DNA of 29,274 nucleotides from Nitrososphaeraceae archaeon (GTDB lineage Archaea > Thermoproteota > Nitrososphaeria > Nitrososphaerales > Nitrososphaeraceae), in the NCBI GenBank assembly GCA_035264705.1, contig DATFPS010000166.1, forward strand, positions 1 to 29,274. The letters are read 5' to 3'. The position numbers and the translations under genes were made by a program. The notes beneath the pieces were generated by a model that searched no databases, was not told where the DNA came from, and saw only the letters and a program-made list of their open reading frames with translations. Of the stretch, positions 1 to 7,967 are shown piece by piece (the first letter of the stretch is position 1; each line of letters starts with the position of its first letter).

Positions 1-1
1 C

Positions 2-367
2 TTCATGATTGTCGAAGGAGTAGGAGGAATTATGGTGCCATTGACAAGGAAAGCATATGTTGCTGACCTCGCAAGAGCTTTGAACTTGCCAACTATCATT
101 GTCGCTACATCTAGATTAGGCACAATAAATCATACGCTTCTTACTATAAAAACTTGCAGAGAATATGGTTTGAGTATACAGGGCATTATACTCAATGGAA
201 TGCCACAGAGACCTGGGATCGTAGAGAAGAACTTGGTGTCAGTGATTCAGGAATTGAGCGATGTATGTGTTCTGTGTGTAATACCTAGACTTCAGAATCT
301 AACGTACAAAACTATTGGAACATTGATTAAAAAAAGCGTAAATATAGATATAATATTAGGAAGGTAA
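2..367 (+). CDS. bioD: Dethiobiotin synthetase, C-terminal part (5' end outside the window)
   Basis: VEGVGG-x-MVPL, then LA-x2-LNLP-x-IIV...LGTINHTLLT and G-I-I-L-N are BioD hallmarks. The frame is open from the window edge. Confidence 0.9.
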   Translation, partial: FMIVEGVGGIMVPLTRKAYVADLARALNLPTIIVATSRLGTINHTLLTIKTCREYGLSIQGIILNGMPQRPGIVEKNLVSVIQELSDVCVLCVIPRLQNLTYKTIGTLIKKSVNIDIILGR

Positions 368-898
368 AAACGTAAAACTCCTATCTCCGGCATCTTTCAA
401 AAAGAAATGTATATCTAATAAGATGTCTGAGAAATTATACAATTTCTCTCCTTGATATAAAGTGTAATTTCTGTATTTTTGTCCTAATGGGTTGACAGAT
501 ATAATCCAGATATTGTTCTTATAAGGTTGTAGAACATCTACCTGTTTCATTCTGTTCAATTCATTTTTATTTTTTATCACCTGAATAATAAGCGATCTAT
601 GAGGATACTTCTTTAAATTTCGTAGATTAGGTATTACAAGGTCAAGCATAGTAAAATTATTAATTTTTATTTTTCTTTCAGAAGGAAGCGTGCAAATAGT
701 AAGAAAGAAGTGTAGTAATGATTCACATAATATGCCTAAAGTTTCCTCGTCAGGGAATGAACGTAATTTGGATATTGATTTTTGCATCACCACGTCTATG
801 TACATTTTCGATAATCCAATGTTTGAGGTGAGATCGATTTGAATTTTCTCTTTCCCTATTTCTTCTATTACTGAGTAAAGAAGAGAATTTACCTCCAC
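356..898 (-). CDS. Hypothetical protein (180 aa), convergent with and overlapping the bioD stop
   Basis: Long ORF with protein-like composition in an otherwise fully coding region. No family recognised with certainty. Confidence 0.7.
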   Translation of the reverse strand: MEVNSLLYSVIEEIGKEKIQIDLTSNIGLSKMYIDVVMQKSISKLRSFPDEETLGILCESLLHFFLTICTLPSERKIKINNFTMLDLVIPNLRNLKKYPHRSLIIQVIKNKNELNRMKQVDVLQPYKNNIWIISVNPLGQKYRNYTLYQGEKLYNFSDILLDIHFFLKDAGDRSFTFLPS

Positions 899-1077
899 GT
901 AAGACTGTTATAATGCAGGTTTATTAAATCTGAGTAGATTGATACAGAGAAGGCAAGTAATGCTGTAGGTTATTATTTTATTATTATTAATATTGGTAAC
1001 CATGTGTGTCGTAATGATAAGGTTGTCATATCATACAGTAATTCTTGTTGGAGGCGATGCACATGAATTGATATGAT

Positions 1078-1096
1078 ACATACTGCAGGGCTTATT
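1078..1096 (+). repeat. Dispersed 19-nt intergenic motif ACATACTGCAGGGCTTATT
   Basis: 18/19 identical to 5041-5059. Degenerate copies at ~908-926 and ~959-975. Confidence 0.7.
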
Positions 1097-1127
1097 AATG
1101 TTATGACAATTATAAAAAATAGGATAC

Positions 1128-1137
1128 TTTTTATAGA
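1128..1137 (+). promoter_or_regulatory. Putative TATA box of the nucleotidyltransferase operon
   Basis: TTTTTATAGA centred about 25 nt upstream of ATG 1158, the spacing expected for a near-leaderless archaeal transcript. Confidence 0.45.
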
Positions 1138-1157
1138 AATTAGCTGATCTGGGAGTA

Positions 1158-1844
1158 ATGAAGGCTGTTATTTTGGCTGGCGGTTTTGGGAAACGGCTTA
1201 AACCTTTAACAGATGAGAGACCAAAGCCAATGATTGAAGTTCTAAATGTACCTATCATAGAATGGCAAATAAAATGGTTCAAGAAGTATGGTATCGATGA
1301 AATTATAATATGCGTAGGACATCTCAAGGAACTCATCATCAATTATATCGGCAGCGGTAGGAGACTTGGAGTTAAGGTTGGGTATGCTGTGGAGGAGAAG
1401 CCGTTAGGAACGGGAGGAGCATTAAAAAATTCAGAAAGTCTTTTGGACTCTAATTCGGAGAAAGGGTTCTTTTTGATAAATGGCGATATAATAACAAATT
1501 TAGATCCAACAAGACTAAATAACGGACAATCCGCTGCTTTGGCACTAGTTCCTTTAAGAAGTCCTTTTGGAATAGTAGAATTAGACAAGAATTCATATGT
1601 TTTGGGATTTGTAGAGAAGCCGCAGATCAAAGACAGGTGGATTAATGCAGGTGTATATTATTTCACAAAGGATGTATTCAAGTATTTACCTGAAAATGGC
1701 AACATTGAAGTCACAGCATTGCCTGTTATGGCAAAAGAAAACAAATTAAAAGCAGTAACATATGAGAACTCCGTCTGGCGTTCGATCGACTCGCATAAGG
1801 ATATCGAGGAGGCAGCAAAAGAGATACAGGTCGTTGATATGTAA
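1158..1844 (+). CDS. Sugar-phosphate nucleotidyltransferase (NTP_transferase family), single domain
   Basis: ILAGGFGKRLKPLTDERPKPM (GxGxRL-x6-PK), E-x2-PLGTGGAL, NGD and FVEKP motifs. No left-handed beta-helix C-terminal domain. Confidence 0.9.
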   Translation: MKAVILAGGFGKRLKPLTDERPKPMIEVLNVPIIEWQIKWFKKYGIDEIIICVGHLKELIINYIGSGRRLGVKVGYAVEEKPLGTGGALKNSESLLDSNSEKGFFLINGDIITNLDPTRLNNGQSAALALVPLRSPFGIVELDKNSYVLGFVEKPQIKDRWINAGVYYFTKDVFKYLPENGNIEVTALPVMAKENKLKAVTYENSVWRSIDSHKDIEEAAKEIQVVDM

Positions 1845-1845
1845 C

Positions 1846-2832
1846 ATGGTAGGTTATAGGATAGCCTATAACCTCGGTACTTTGCTTTCTATGGATGATG
1901 TTCTTTTATGCTCTACATTAGCTGACAAGAAATACAATGTAGATTCAATTTGGGTTCCAGAATCATGGGGCCGAGAGGCTTTTGCCTCGTTAGGCGCGTT
2001 AAGTCAGAAAACAAAAAAGGTAAAATTGGGCAGTTCGATTATTAGCATATACGCTAGAACACCTGCAACAGTAGCAATGGCTGCTACTACATTAGACCTT
2101 CTTTCAAACAACAGGACAATCATAGGTCTTGGGGCGAGTACACCTGCCATAGTCGAAAATTGGCATGGATTGAAATTCGAACAACCTCTTGCAAGAATGC
2201 GGGAATACATAGAATGCTTAAAGCTGATGGTAAAAGCAGATGAAGTAAATTACAAAGGCAAGTTTTTCACTATAAAGAATTTCAAGTTACTTTACAAACC
2301 ACCAAGACAGAAGATACCGATCTTCATAGCAGCAATTAATAAAAACATGATATCCTTGGCAACAGAATTAGCAGATGGCATCCTACTTTATCTTCGGCCC
2401 ATAGATGAATTGAAAGAAACGGTTTCAGCTATAAAATCAAATACAAATCGACATAATAAAGAATTTGAAATTGCATGCGTATTTATAGCTGCCATTTCAA
2501 ATACGCAACCACAAAAGGCACGGGAACGGGCTGCCAAAACACTTGCTTTTTATATATCCGTAGGAAGATATTATAACAAATTCTTGTCAGAGAATGGATT
2601 TAGTGATCAGGTAAATCATATTACCACTAGGTATACATCAGAGGGATTAGATGCAGCAGCCAAAAATGTATCTGATAAAATGTTAGATTCGTTAACTATC
2701 TCAGGGACTTGTGAAGATTGTATTAAGTCATTAGAGCGGTTTGTATCATGTGGGATAACTCTGCCAATCATTCAGATCAATCCAGTCGGTGATGCAGAAA
2801 GTTCAATTAGGACTATGCTCTCAACATTCTGA
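1846..2832 (+). CDS. LLM-class (luciferase-like) oxidoreductase, probably F420-dependent (Mer-like)
   Basis: WVPESWGREAF, KLGSSIISIYARTPA-x2-AMAAATLD-x2-S-x2-R-x2-IGLG, IPIFIAA...A-x-E-x-ADG. Start revised to ATG 1846, 1 nt after the upstream stop, instead of the track's 1762. Confidence 0.88.
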   Translation: MVGYRIAYNLGTLLSMDDVLLCSTLADKKYNVDSIWVPESWGREAFASLGALSQKTKKVKLGSSIISIYARTPATVAMAATTLDLLSNNRTIIGLGASTPAIVENWHGLKFEQPLARMREYIECLKLMVKADEVNYKGKFFTIKNFKLLYKPPRQKIPIFIAAINKNMISLATELADGILLYLRPIDELKETVSAIKSNTNRHNKEFEIACVFIAAISNTQPQKARERAAKTLAFYISVGRYYNKFLSENGFSDQVNHITTRYTSEGLDAAAKNVSDKMLDSLTISGTCEDCIKSLERFVSCGITLPIIQINPVGDAESSIRTMLSTF

Positions 2833-2833
2833 C

Positions 2834-3934
2834 GTGCGTAAAGTAGCCATAATCTCTTCTCAAAGCAATAAATTCACAAAAGATTCAAACTTATCAATAT
2901 TCGAATTAGCATGTCAGCCATGTATAGATATTTTGAAAGACAGCGCTATCTATAAAGAGGACATAGATGGTGTAATTCTTTCAAGCTGCTGTATCGACCA
3001 ATATAGTTCAAGTATAATATGCGAGTACCTAGGTATAAAGCCAAAAATTTCATACCGTATGGATAACCTTTGCAATTCTGGAACAAACGCAGTGGTTTCA
3101 GCCTTTTGTTCTATATCATCAGGCCTCTGTGATTCTGTTTTGGTTATCGGAGCAGAAAAAGCTGATAGTCCTGGAAACAGACTAACATGGGATATAACAC
3201 GTGGAGCATTCACATTTCCGGTACAGTGGGCTGCTCTATTTGCGAAAGCCCATATGCGTCGTTATGGAACCACTGAAGAGCAACTGGCAATGGTATCTGT
3301 AAAAAATCACATCAACGCTGAAAAAAATCCAAATGCATTATTTAACAAAGCGGTGACCCTAGAAGATGTAATGCACTCCAGAAGTATAGTAGCCCCCCTG
3401 AAGCTATTGGATTGCTCAGTTTCATGTGAGGGATCTTCAGCGATATTGCTATTAGCAGAAGATAAAGCCAAGCAGTTAATAGAAACTCCTGTTTGGATAA
3501 AAGGAATAGGACAGCAAACAAATTCTGCAAGTTTCAGTAAAATGACTGAGGATCTATGTGGAATAGGTACTGCGAAAATAGCCGCCAGAGAAGCGTATGA
3601 TATGGCTGAAGTTACTCCAAGCCAGGTTGATGTTGTAGAACTACATGATGCTTTTACCATTCTAGAAATATTAGGATATGAGGACCTAGGTTTTGTTCCT
3701 AAGGGAAAAGGCGGAACATTTGTTAACCAACAAGAAATTGCAATTAATCCTCGTGGAGGACTACTTGGCTGTGGTCATCCAGTCGGTGCAACCGGTGTGG
3801 CCCAAACTGCTGAAATAGTCGCACAACTTTCAGGAAGAGCAGATAAAAGACAAGTCCATGGATGTGATATAGGTTTAGTTCACAATCTAGCCGCGGCTGG
3901 AACATCTTCAACCGTCATCGTACTAAGTGTCTGA
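2834..3934 (+). CDS. Thiolase-fold protein (SCP2/archaeal thiolase-like acyltransferase)
   Basis: Nucleophile motif DNLCNSG, VELHDAF, GGLLGCGHPVGATG, HNLAAAG. Start revised to GTG 2834, 1 nt after the LLM stop. Confidence 0.9.
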   Translation: MRKVAIISSQSNKFTKDSNLSIFELACQPCIDILKDSAIYKEDIDGVILSSCCIDQYSSSIICEYLGIKPKISYRMDNLCNSGTNAVVSAFCSISSGLCDSVLVIGAEKADSPGNRLTWDITRGAFTFPVQWAALFAKAHMRRYGTTEEQLAMVSVKNHINAEKNPNALFNKAVTLEDVMHSRSIVAPLKLLDCSVSCEGSSAILLLAEDKAKQLIETPVWIKGIGQQTNSASFSKMTEDLCGIGTAKIAAREAYDMAEVTPSQVDVVELHDAFTILEILGYEDLGFVPKGKGGTFVNQQEIAINPRGGLLGCGHPVGATGVAQTAEIVAQLSGRADKRQVHGCDIGLVHNLAAAGTSSTVIVLSV

Positions 3935-3939
3935 TAAAA

Positions 3940-4287
3940 TTGAAAGATTTCATAGATTATCTTGCCAAAGGTCAATTTAGAATAACTTTCTGCAATTCAT
4001 GTAGCAGGAAAGTGTGGCCTCCTTCCTATTTTTGTTCTAACTGTTTTGCAAAAACAGAGCTAAAAAAGTTTGAAACAGTGGGAACTTTACTTGAATTCAC
4101 AACATCGCATGTTAATAACAGTCGAGGCACATTTGGTGTTGTAGATTTGGCAGGCATTAGAATTGTTGGGGCAATCTCTGGCGAATTATTACGCGAAGGA
4201 ATTGAGGTAAGAATGACGAGTTGCGGGATTACTCAAGATGGTTCTGTATATTATGATTTTGAACCATCATCTGACAGAAGAGAATGA
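3940..4287 (+). CDS. DUF35-type Zn-ribbon/OB-fold protein (thiolase partner)
   Basis: C-x2-C (CNSC) ... C-x2-C (CSNC) followed by an OB-like region (GTLLEFTT...FGVVDL-x-G-x-RIVG). Lies directly after a thiolase gene, the established context. Confidence 0.88.
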   Translation: MKDFIDYLAKGQFRITFCNSCSRKVWPPSYFCSNCFAKTELKKFETVGTLLEFTTSHVNNSRGTFGVVDLAGIRIVGAISGELLREGIEVRMTSCGITQDGSVYYDFEPSSDRRE

Positions 4288-4337
4288 GAGCTAGATGGCT
4301 TCATTAATATACTATAATAAGTGAGTTAGATAAGCGT

Positions 4338-4697
4338 ATGAGCTATGACAGATTTGTTGATGATCGGCTTCTCACTAGCAGGGATGCATTAAACAAAGTT
4401 CAAATAAAAATCAAACTTGTCGATATAGACGAAAACGCAAGAGATCACTCACAGAGGTATGGTCAAAGAGTACTAATTAAGAAGATTTTACTTTCAATAA
4501 AACACACAGATACAGAACAATTTGAAGAGAAGGAGCTAGATATAGAAGAACTCGAATCACGCATGAGAAAAGAAAGACTGTTTACATCTTCTAATAGATG
4601 GATTTTTCCAAGTGAAATAAAGAATGGTTATGTAGTGGCAAATAAACATCTTGATTTGCTCGCTGATGCAATTTCGTTGGATGTAATAGCATTCTAA
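4338..4697 (+). CDS. Hypothetical protein (119 aa, charged)
   Basis: Clean ORF with a TATA-like TTAATATA at 4304-4311. No family recognised with certainty. Confidence 0.75.
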   Translation: MSYDRFVDDRLLTSRDALNKVQIKIKLVDIDENARDHSQRYGQRVLIKKILLSIKHTDTEQFEEKELDIEELESRMRKERLFTSSNRWIFPSEIKNGYVVANKHLDLLADAISLDVIAF

Positions 4698-4866
4698 TAA
4701 AGTATTTTCCAGCATTCATAGATTCACTTATACTCGTAAAGTTCGGACGTTCATCTCATTTTGAGAATTGTTATCTTATCAAATTACAACGCAGTCCATA
4801 ATAGTGGGATAAGATTTTTCTTTATTTTAGTTCTAGAAAGCGTGTAATGACCATATGATTTAAGAG

Positions 4867-4972
4867 CGCCGCTGATCAGACTCGAACTGATGACCCACTG
4901 GTTAACAGCCAGATAAGCTCCGTAGTAGAATAATGTCTACGAATTTGCTCTACCATGCTGAGCTACAGCGGC
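4867..4972 (-). tRNA. tRNA-Asn(GTT) with a 32-nt intron (4913-4944) at non-canonical position 27/28
   Basis: The spliced form folds as a 74-nt cloverleaf: GCCGCTG/CAGCGGC acceptor, G73, GCTC/GAGC D-stem, ACTGG/CCAGT stem around CTGTTAA, ATCAG-TTCGAGT-CTGAT T-arm. The exon-intron junctions form a bulge-helix-bulge-like motif. Confidence 0.93.
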
Positions 4973-5040
4973 GCAATATAAAGCAAAATCAAGCACAAAA
5001 TAAATGTTTACTTCCATTACTAACACTTAATTAGCAACGT

Positions 5041-5059
5041 ACATACTGCAGGACTTATT
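5041..5059 (+). repeat. Dispersed 19-nt intergenic motif ACATACTGCAGGACTTATT
   Basis: 18/19 identical to 1078-1096. Confidence 0.7.
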
Positions 5060-5113
5060 TTATGTCCTTTAAAATTTTTTGTAACAATTAAATATTAAGA
5101 ATGAACGCCAAAC

Positions 5114-5131
5114 TAAAAGGTTTCCCTTTTA
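5114..5131 (-). terminator. Hairpin just after the rpl6 stop (end of the ribosomal operon)
   Basis: Minus strand TAAAAGG-GAAA-CCTTTTA: 7-bp stem with a GNRA tetraloop, about 10 nt after the stop codon. Confidence 0.5.
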
Positions 5132-5140
5132 TTAACTTGC

Positions 5141-5698
5141 TTACTTAAATCCTTCCTCGCGTCCATAAATATACAAACCATCGAGAAATACTCTCTGATC
5201 TTTATTTTTTACCTTAGTGGAGGACTCGAGATTTGCCGCTGTCTGCGAGACATCTTCTAGACTAGGTCCTTCGACTAAGACATCTTCTGCTAGGACTTTG
5301 ACCTTTGTATCTTCGCCAATAATTTTAGAAATTCTAGGCGATCTCTCTCCAAAAAAGTTTTCAACATGAATTTCTTTTCCCTTAACCTTGACTGATATCG
5401 GGAAATGAGCAAACACAATCTTTAACTTGTATGTGAACCCTTCTTCTACTCCCCTAATCATATTATTGATGATACTTCTCGCAGTGTTTCTAATAGCAAG
5501 GTCTTTCTTTCTCTTGCCATAGGGTTTTATGTATATTTTCTTATCTTCTATTTCTATATATGCCGGCAACTTCGTAAAATCCTTTCTGATTGTGCCATTT
5601 CTTCCTTTTATTATTAAGATGTCCTTATCTTTACTGGCATTAACTCTGTCTGGTATCTCAACGTTACCATCAATTCCTGCATCAGTAAACGTAACCAA
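5141..5698 (-). CDS. rpl6: 50S ribosomal protein uL6
   Basis: KLKIVFAHFPISVKV, ENFFGERSPR, DQRVFLDGLYIY. Confidence 0.97.
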   Translation of the reverse strand: MVTFTDAGIDGNVEIPDRVNASKDKDILIIKGRNGTIRKDFTKLPAYIEIEDKKIYIKPYGKRKKDLAIRNTARSIINNMIRGVEEGFTYKLKIVFAHFPISVKVKGKEIHVENFFGERSPRISKIIGEDTKVKVLAEDVLVEGPSLEDVSQTAANLESSTKVKNKDQRVFLDGLYIYGREEGFK

Positions 5699-6074
5699 CT
5701 AGAACTCCTCCTATACCTTGGTTTTGTGCCTCATGATGTGACATCATTCCGTTGCTTGTTGATACAAGTAAAATGCCCATACTGTATGCTGGAAGATATT
5801 GTCTCTCCCAAACCAAATATGAGTTGTTTTTTACACTAAAACGCGGTGTTATTATTCCACACTTATTGATCTTGGCTAACAATTGAATTCTGAATTTACC
5901 AGCTCTCTCATCGTCTATCTGTTCAAATTCACCAATATAGCGATGTTTTTGCATTGTACGAAGGATTTCGCTCGCAAATCTTGATGCTGGCATTACAATA
6001 CATTCTTTTTTTCTTCGAGTCTCATTGTTATAGAGAGTCGTGAACAGATTTGATAAAACATTTAATGCTGGCAT
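5682..6074 (-). CDS. rps8: 30S ribosomal protein uS8
   Basis: YIGEFEQIDDERAGK, INKCGIITPRF, LLVSTSNGMMSH-x-EA...GGVLVGYVY. Confidence 0.97.
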   Translation of the reverse strand: MPALNVLSNLFTTLYNNETRRKKECIVMPASRFASEILRTMQKHRYIGEFEQIDDERAGKFRIQLLAKINKCGIITPRFSVKNNSYLVWERQYLPAYSMGILLVSTSNGMMSHHEAQNQGIGGVLVGYVY

Positions 6075-6093
6075 TTTCTATAATATTACCTCG

Positions 6094-6273
6094 TTAATCA
6101 TATTTATTAAAACCTAAACTCACAGCAACGTCTCTAAAGCACTGTCTACATAGCATTAGGTTATACTTTTGAATAAGGCCAGTGTAATTTCCACATCTTT
6201 TACACCAACGTGTTCCTTTACCATGAGCGAGCTGTTTTCTTCCCGTTTGTGCATACTCTCGTGGTTTCGGCAT
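6094..6273 (-). CDS. rps14: 30S ribosomal protein uS14 (Zn-binding), absent from the ORF track
   Basis: Manual translation gives [59 protein letters not shown] (59 aa), with CxxC...LCRQCFR. The ATG overlaps the rpl5 stop (TAATG). Confidence 0.96.
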   Translation of the reverse strand: MPKPREYAQTGRKQLAHGKGTRWCKRCGNYTGLIQKYNLMLCRQCFRDVAVSLGFNKYD

Positions 6274-6803
6274 TACACTATTTCAACTCCATATTGTTGT
6301 TGGAAAAATTTCATCGCTTCATCTCTAGTAATTCTATGTGCCTTACCTATTTTTTGACTATGTCTTTTTTTTGCTATTCTATAACCTGGTCGCATTAAAG
6401 ATAAACTTACATCCATACCGAAAATTCCGATCTCAGGATTATATTTCGTTCCTGGGATGTCTATATGTTCATGGATTCCAACAGAAATATTTCCATAGTT
6501 GTCAAAAGATGACATTTTCAAAGCATTCCCTTTAGCAGATATTATACGTTTTAGAAATTCAATAGCCTGTTCTCTACGAAGTGTTACCATTGCACCTATA
6601 GGTTCGCCCTTATGTATACCGAAGTCTCTGACAGTTTCTCTAGCTCCGCGCACACTAGGCTGCTGCCCAGTTAACTCATGTAAAGCACGTTTAGCCTTTT
6701 CTATCGGTTCACCAGATTTTCCAACACCTATATTAATTACCACCTTACTTATACTGATTTTTCTCATAGGGTGGAAATCTTTTATTTGTTGTTCTTGACT
6801 CAT
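6273..6803 (-). CDS. rpl5: 50S ribosomal protein uL5
   Basis: [52 protein letters not shown]. Confidence 0.97.
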   Translation of the reverse strand: MSQEQQIKDFHPMRKISISKVVINIGVGKSGEPIEKAKRALHELTGQQPSVRGARETVRDFGIHKGEPIGAMVTLRREQAIEFLKRIISAKGNALKMSSFDNYGNISVGIHEHIDIPGTKYNPEIGIFGMDVSLSLMRPGYRIAKKRHSQKIGKAHRITRDEAMKFFQQQYGVEIV

Positions 6804-6806
6804 TGA

Positions 6807-7523
6807 TTAACTCACCTTAATTACTGGCCTTTCGTCACCAATTGCCATTACTAATTGTACTGGTAGCTCTACTGACCTATCTGTGAATGATATCAATGCC
6901 CTTTTGGGCAGAGAGAATATTGCGTCTCTAATATCGTCAACTTTTCCAATTCCTCCTGCATTCTCACCACTTGTCACTAATACCATGCATCCTTTTGCAA
7001 ATTTAATATGGCTGTTAATTATAGTATCAGGAATTTGTATCAGGCAACTATCTCCAACCATTAATTTTTGATCGCTAATTAGCGTTTTTCCATCATGAAA
7101 ACCATATTGAATTTTCTTTCCTTTTATCGTTACTTTACCTGTAACTTTTACTAATTTTTGCGTTTTATCGTCATCACTAATACTAAGCGGCACTAACAAT
7201 TCAGAATTCTTTGGAACAAAGCGGTACAATTGGCCTGTCGGAACAAGCTCTACCACATCCATCAAACCTATTGCAAAGTTGATATCATTTATAATAATTC
7301 CATCAACTTTCACTTTTCCTCCGTTAACAATTCGTTCTGCTTCATGCATTGTACTTGCCACTTTTAATACATCTCTAAGAACGATTCCCAATGGATATGC
7401 TCTATCTTTTGAATGAGGTCCGGGTTTCACCCGTAGTACGAATCGACTATCTTTTCTCTTGATGTCCCAGAATGCTGGAGCCATCTGCCGCTTCATTCGA
7501 GTATCCCCTCCTTTCTTGGCCAT
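6807..7523 (-). CDS. rps4e: 30S ribosomal protein eS4
   Basis: KRQMAP-x-FW-x-I-x-RK, PGPH, YPLGIVLRD, GKVKVDG, FAIGLMDV, GENAG. Confidence 0.96.
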   Translation of the reverse strand: MAKKGGDTRMKRQMAPAFWDIKRKDSRFVLRVKPGPHSKDRAYPLGIVLRDVLKVASTMHEAERIVNGGKVKVDGIIINDINFAIGLMDVVELVPTGQLYRFVPKNSELLVPLSISDDDKTQKLVKVTGKVTIKGKKIQYGFHDGKTLISDQKLMVGDSCLIQIPDTIINSHIKFAKGCMVLVTSGENAGGIGKVDDIRDAIFSLPKRALISFTDRSVELPVQLVMAIGDERPVIKVS

Positions 7524-7526
7524 TTT

Positions 7527-7952
7527 TCATCCTTGATCCTTTTTGTCGCTCGTTCTATTTCTTGATAATACTTTTCTCAACTTTTTATTTTTCACATTTA
7601 CATTTTGTGAATTTGTGTCACCATGCAGCCTGTTCTCTCTCTTCTTATCGTCTAGGTTTAGTCCTATTATCTTAACATTAGACGCATGTATCTGGACTTT
7701 TACGTTACCACCGCGAACTTTTTCCCGTTGTATTCCTTCAATTGCTAATGTTCCTCTCTGAGTATTGACTTTTTCTATTTTACCTTCAATTCCGTTGTAT
7801 TCGCCTCTCATAACTCTGACGTTATCTCCCTTTATTACCCGTATGCTTCTCCTTCCATGTTCTTCACGTAAATTATCGGCTAATGTAGAGTGGATCATAG
7901 CATCTCTGACGTGTTTTGGAGTGCGTAACATTTTTGAATTTATATTCGCCAT
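7527..7952 (-). CDS. rpl24: 50S ribosomal protein uL24
   Basis: RSIRVIKGDNVRVMRG, IEGIQREK, IHASNVKIIGL. Basic C-terminal extension. Confidence 0.96.
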   Translation of the reverse strand: MANINSKMLRTPKHVRDAMIHSTLADNLREEHGRRSIRVIKGDNVRVMRGEYNGIEGKIEKVNTQRGTLAIEGIQREKVRGGNVKVQIHASNVKIIGLNLDDKKRENRLHGDTNSQNVNVKNKKLRKVLSRNRTSDKKDQG

Positions 7953-7967
7953 CTTCTTATCAGACTC

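Noticed and set aside
899-1157. Three related motif copies as a mini-CRISPR
   Set aside because: The copies are short, degenerate and unevenly spaced (about 51 and 119 nt), and no cas genes are nearby.
1031-1630. Minus-strand ORFs 1031..1342 and 1343..1630
   Set aside because: Antisense shadows of the nucleotidyltransferase, with no motifs.
1762-1845. Long N-terminal extension of the LLM ORF (track start 1762)
   Set aside because: Overlaps the upstream gene by 83 nt. ATG 1846 gives a normal LLM N-terminus and tight coupling.
2004-3660. Minus-strand ORFs inside the LLM and thiolase genes
   Set aside because: Antisense shadow frames of well-supported genes.
4698-4866. Possible att site or integrated element at the tRNA-Asn 3' end
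   Set aside because: No duplicated tRNA 3' segment and no integrase seen in the window.
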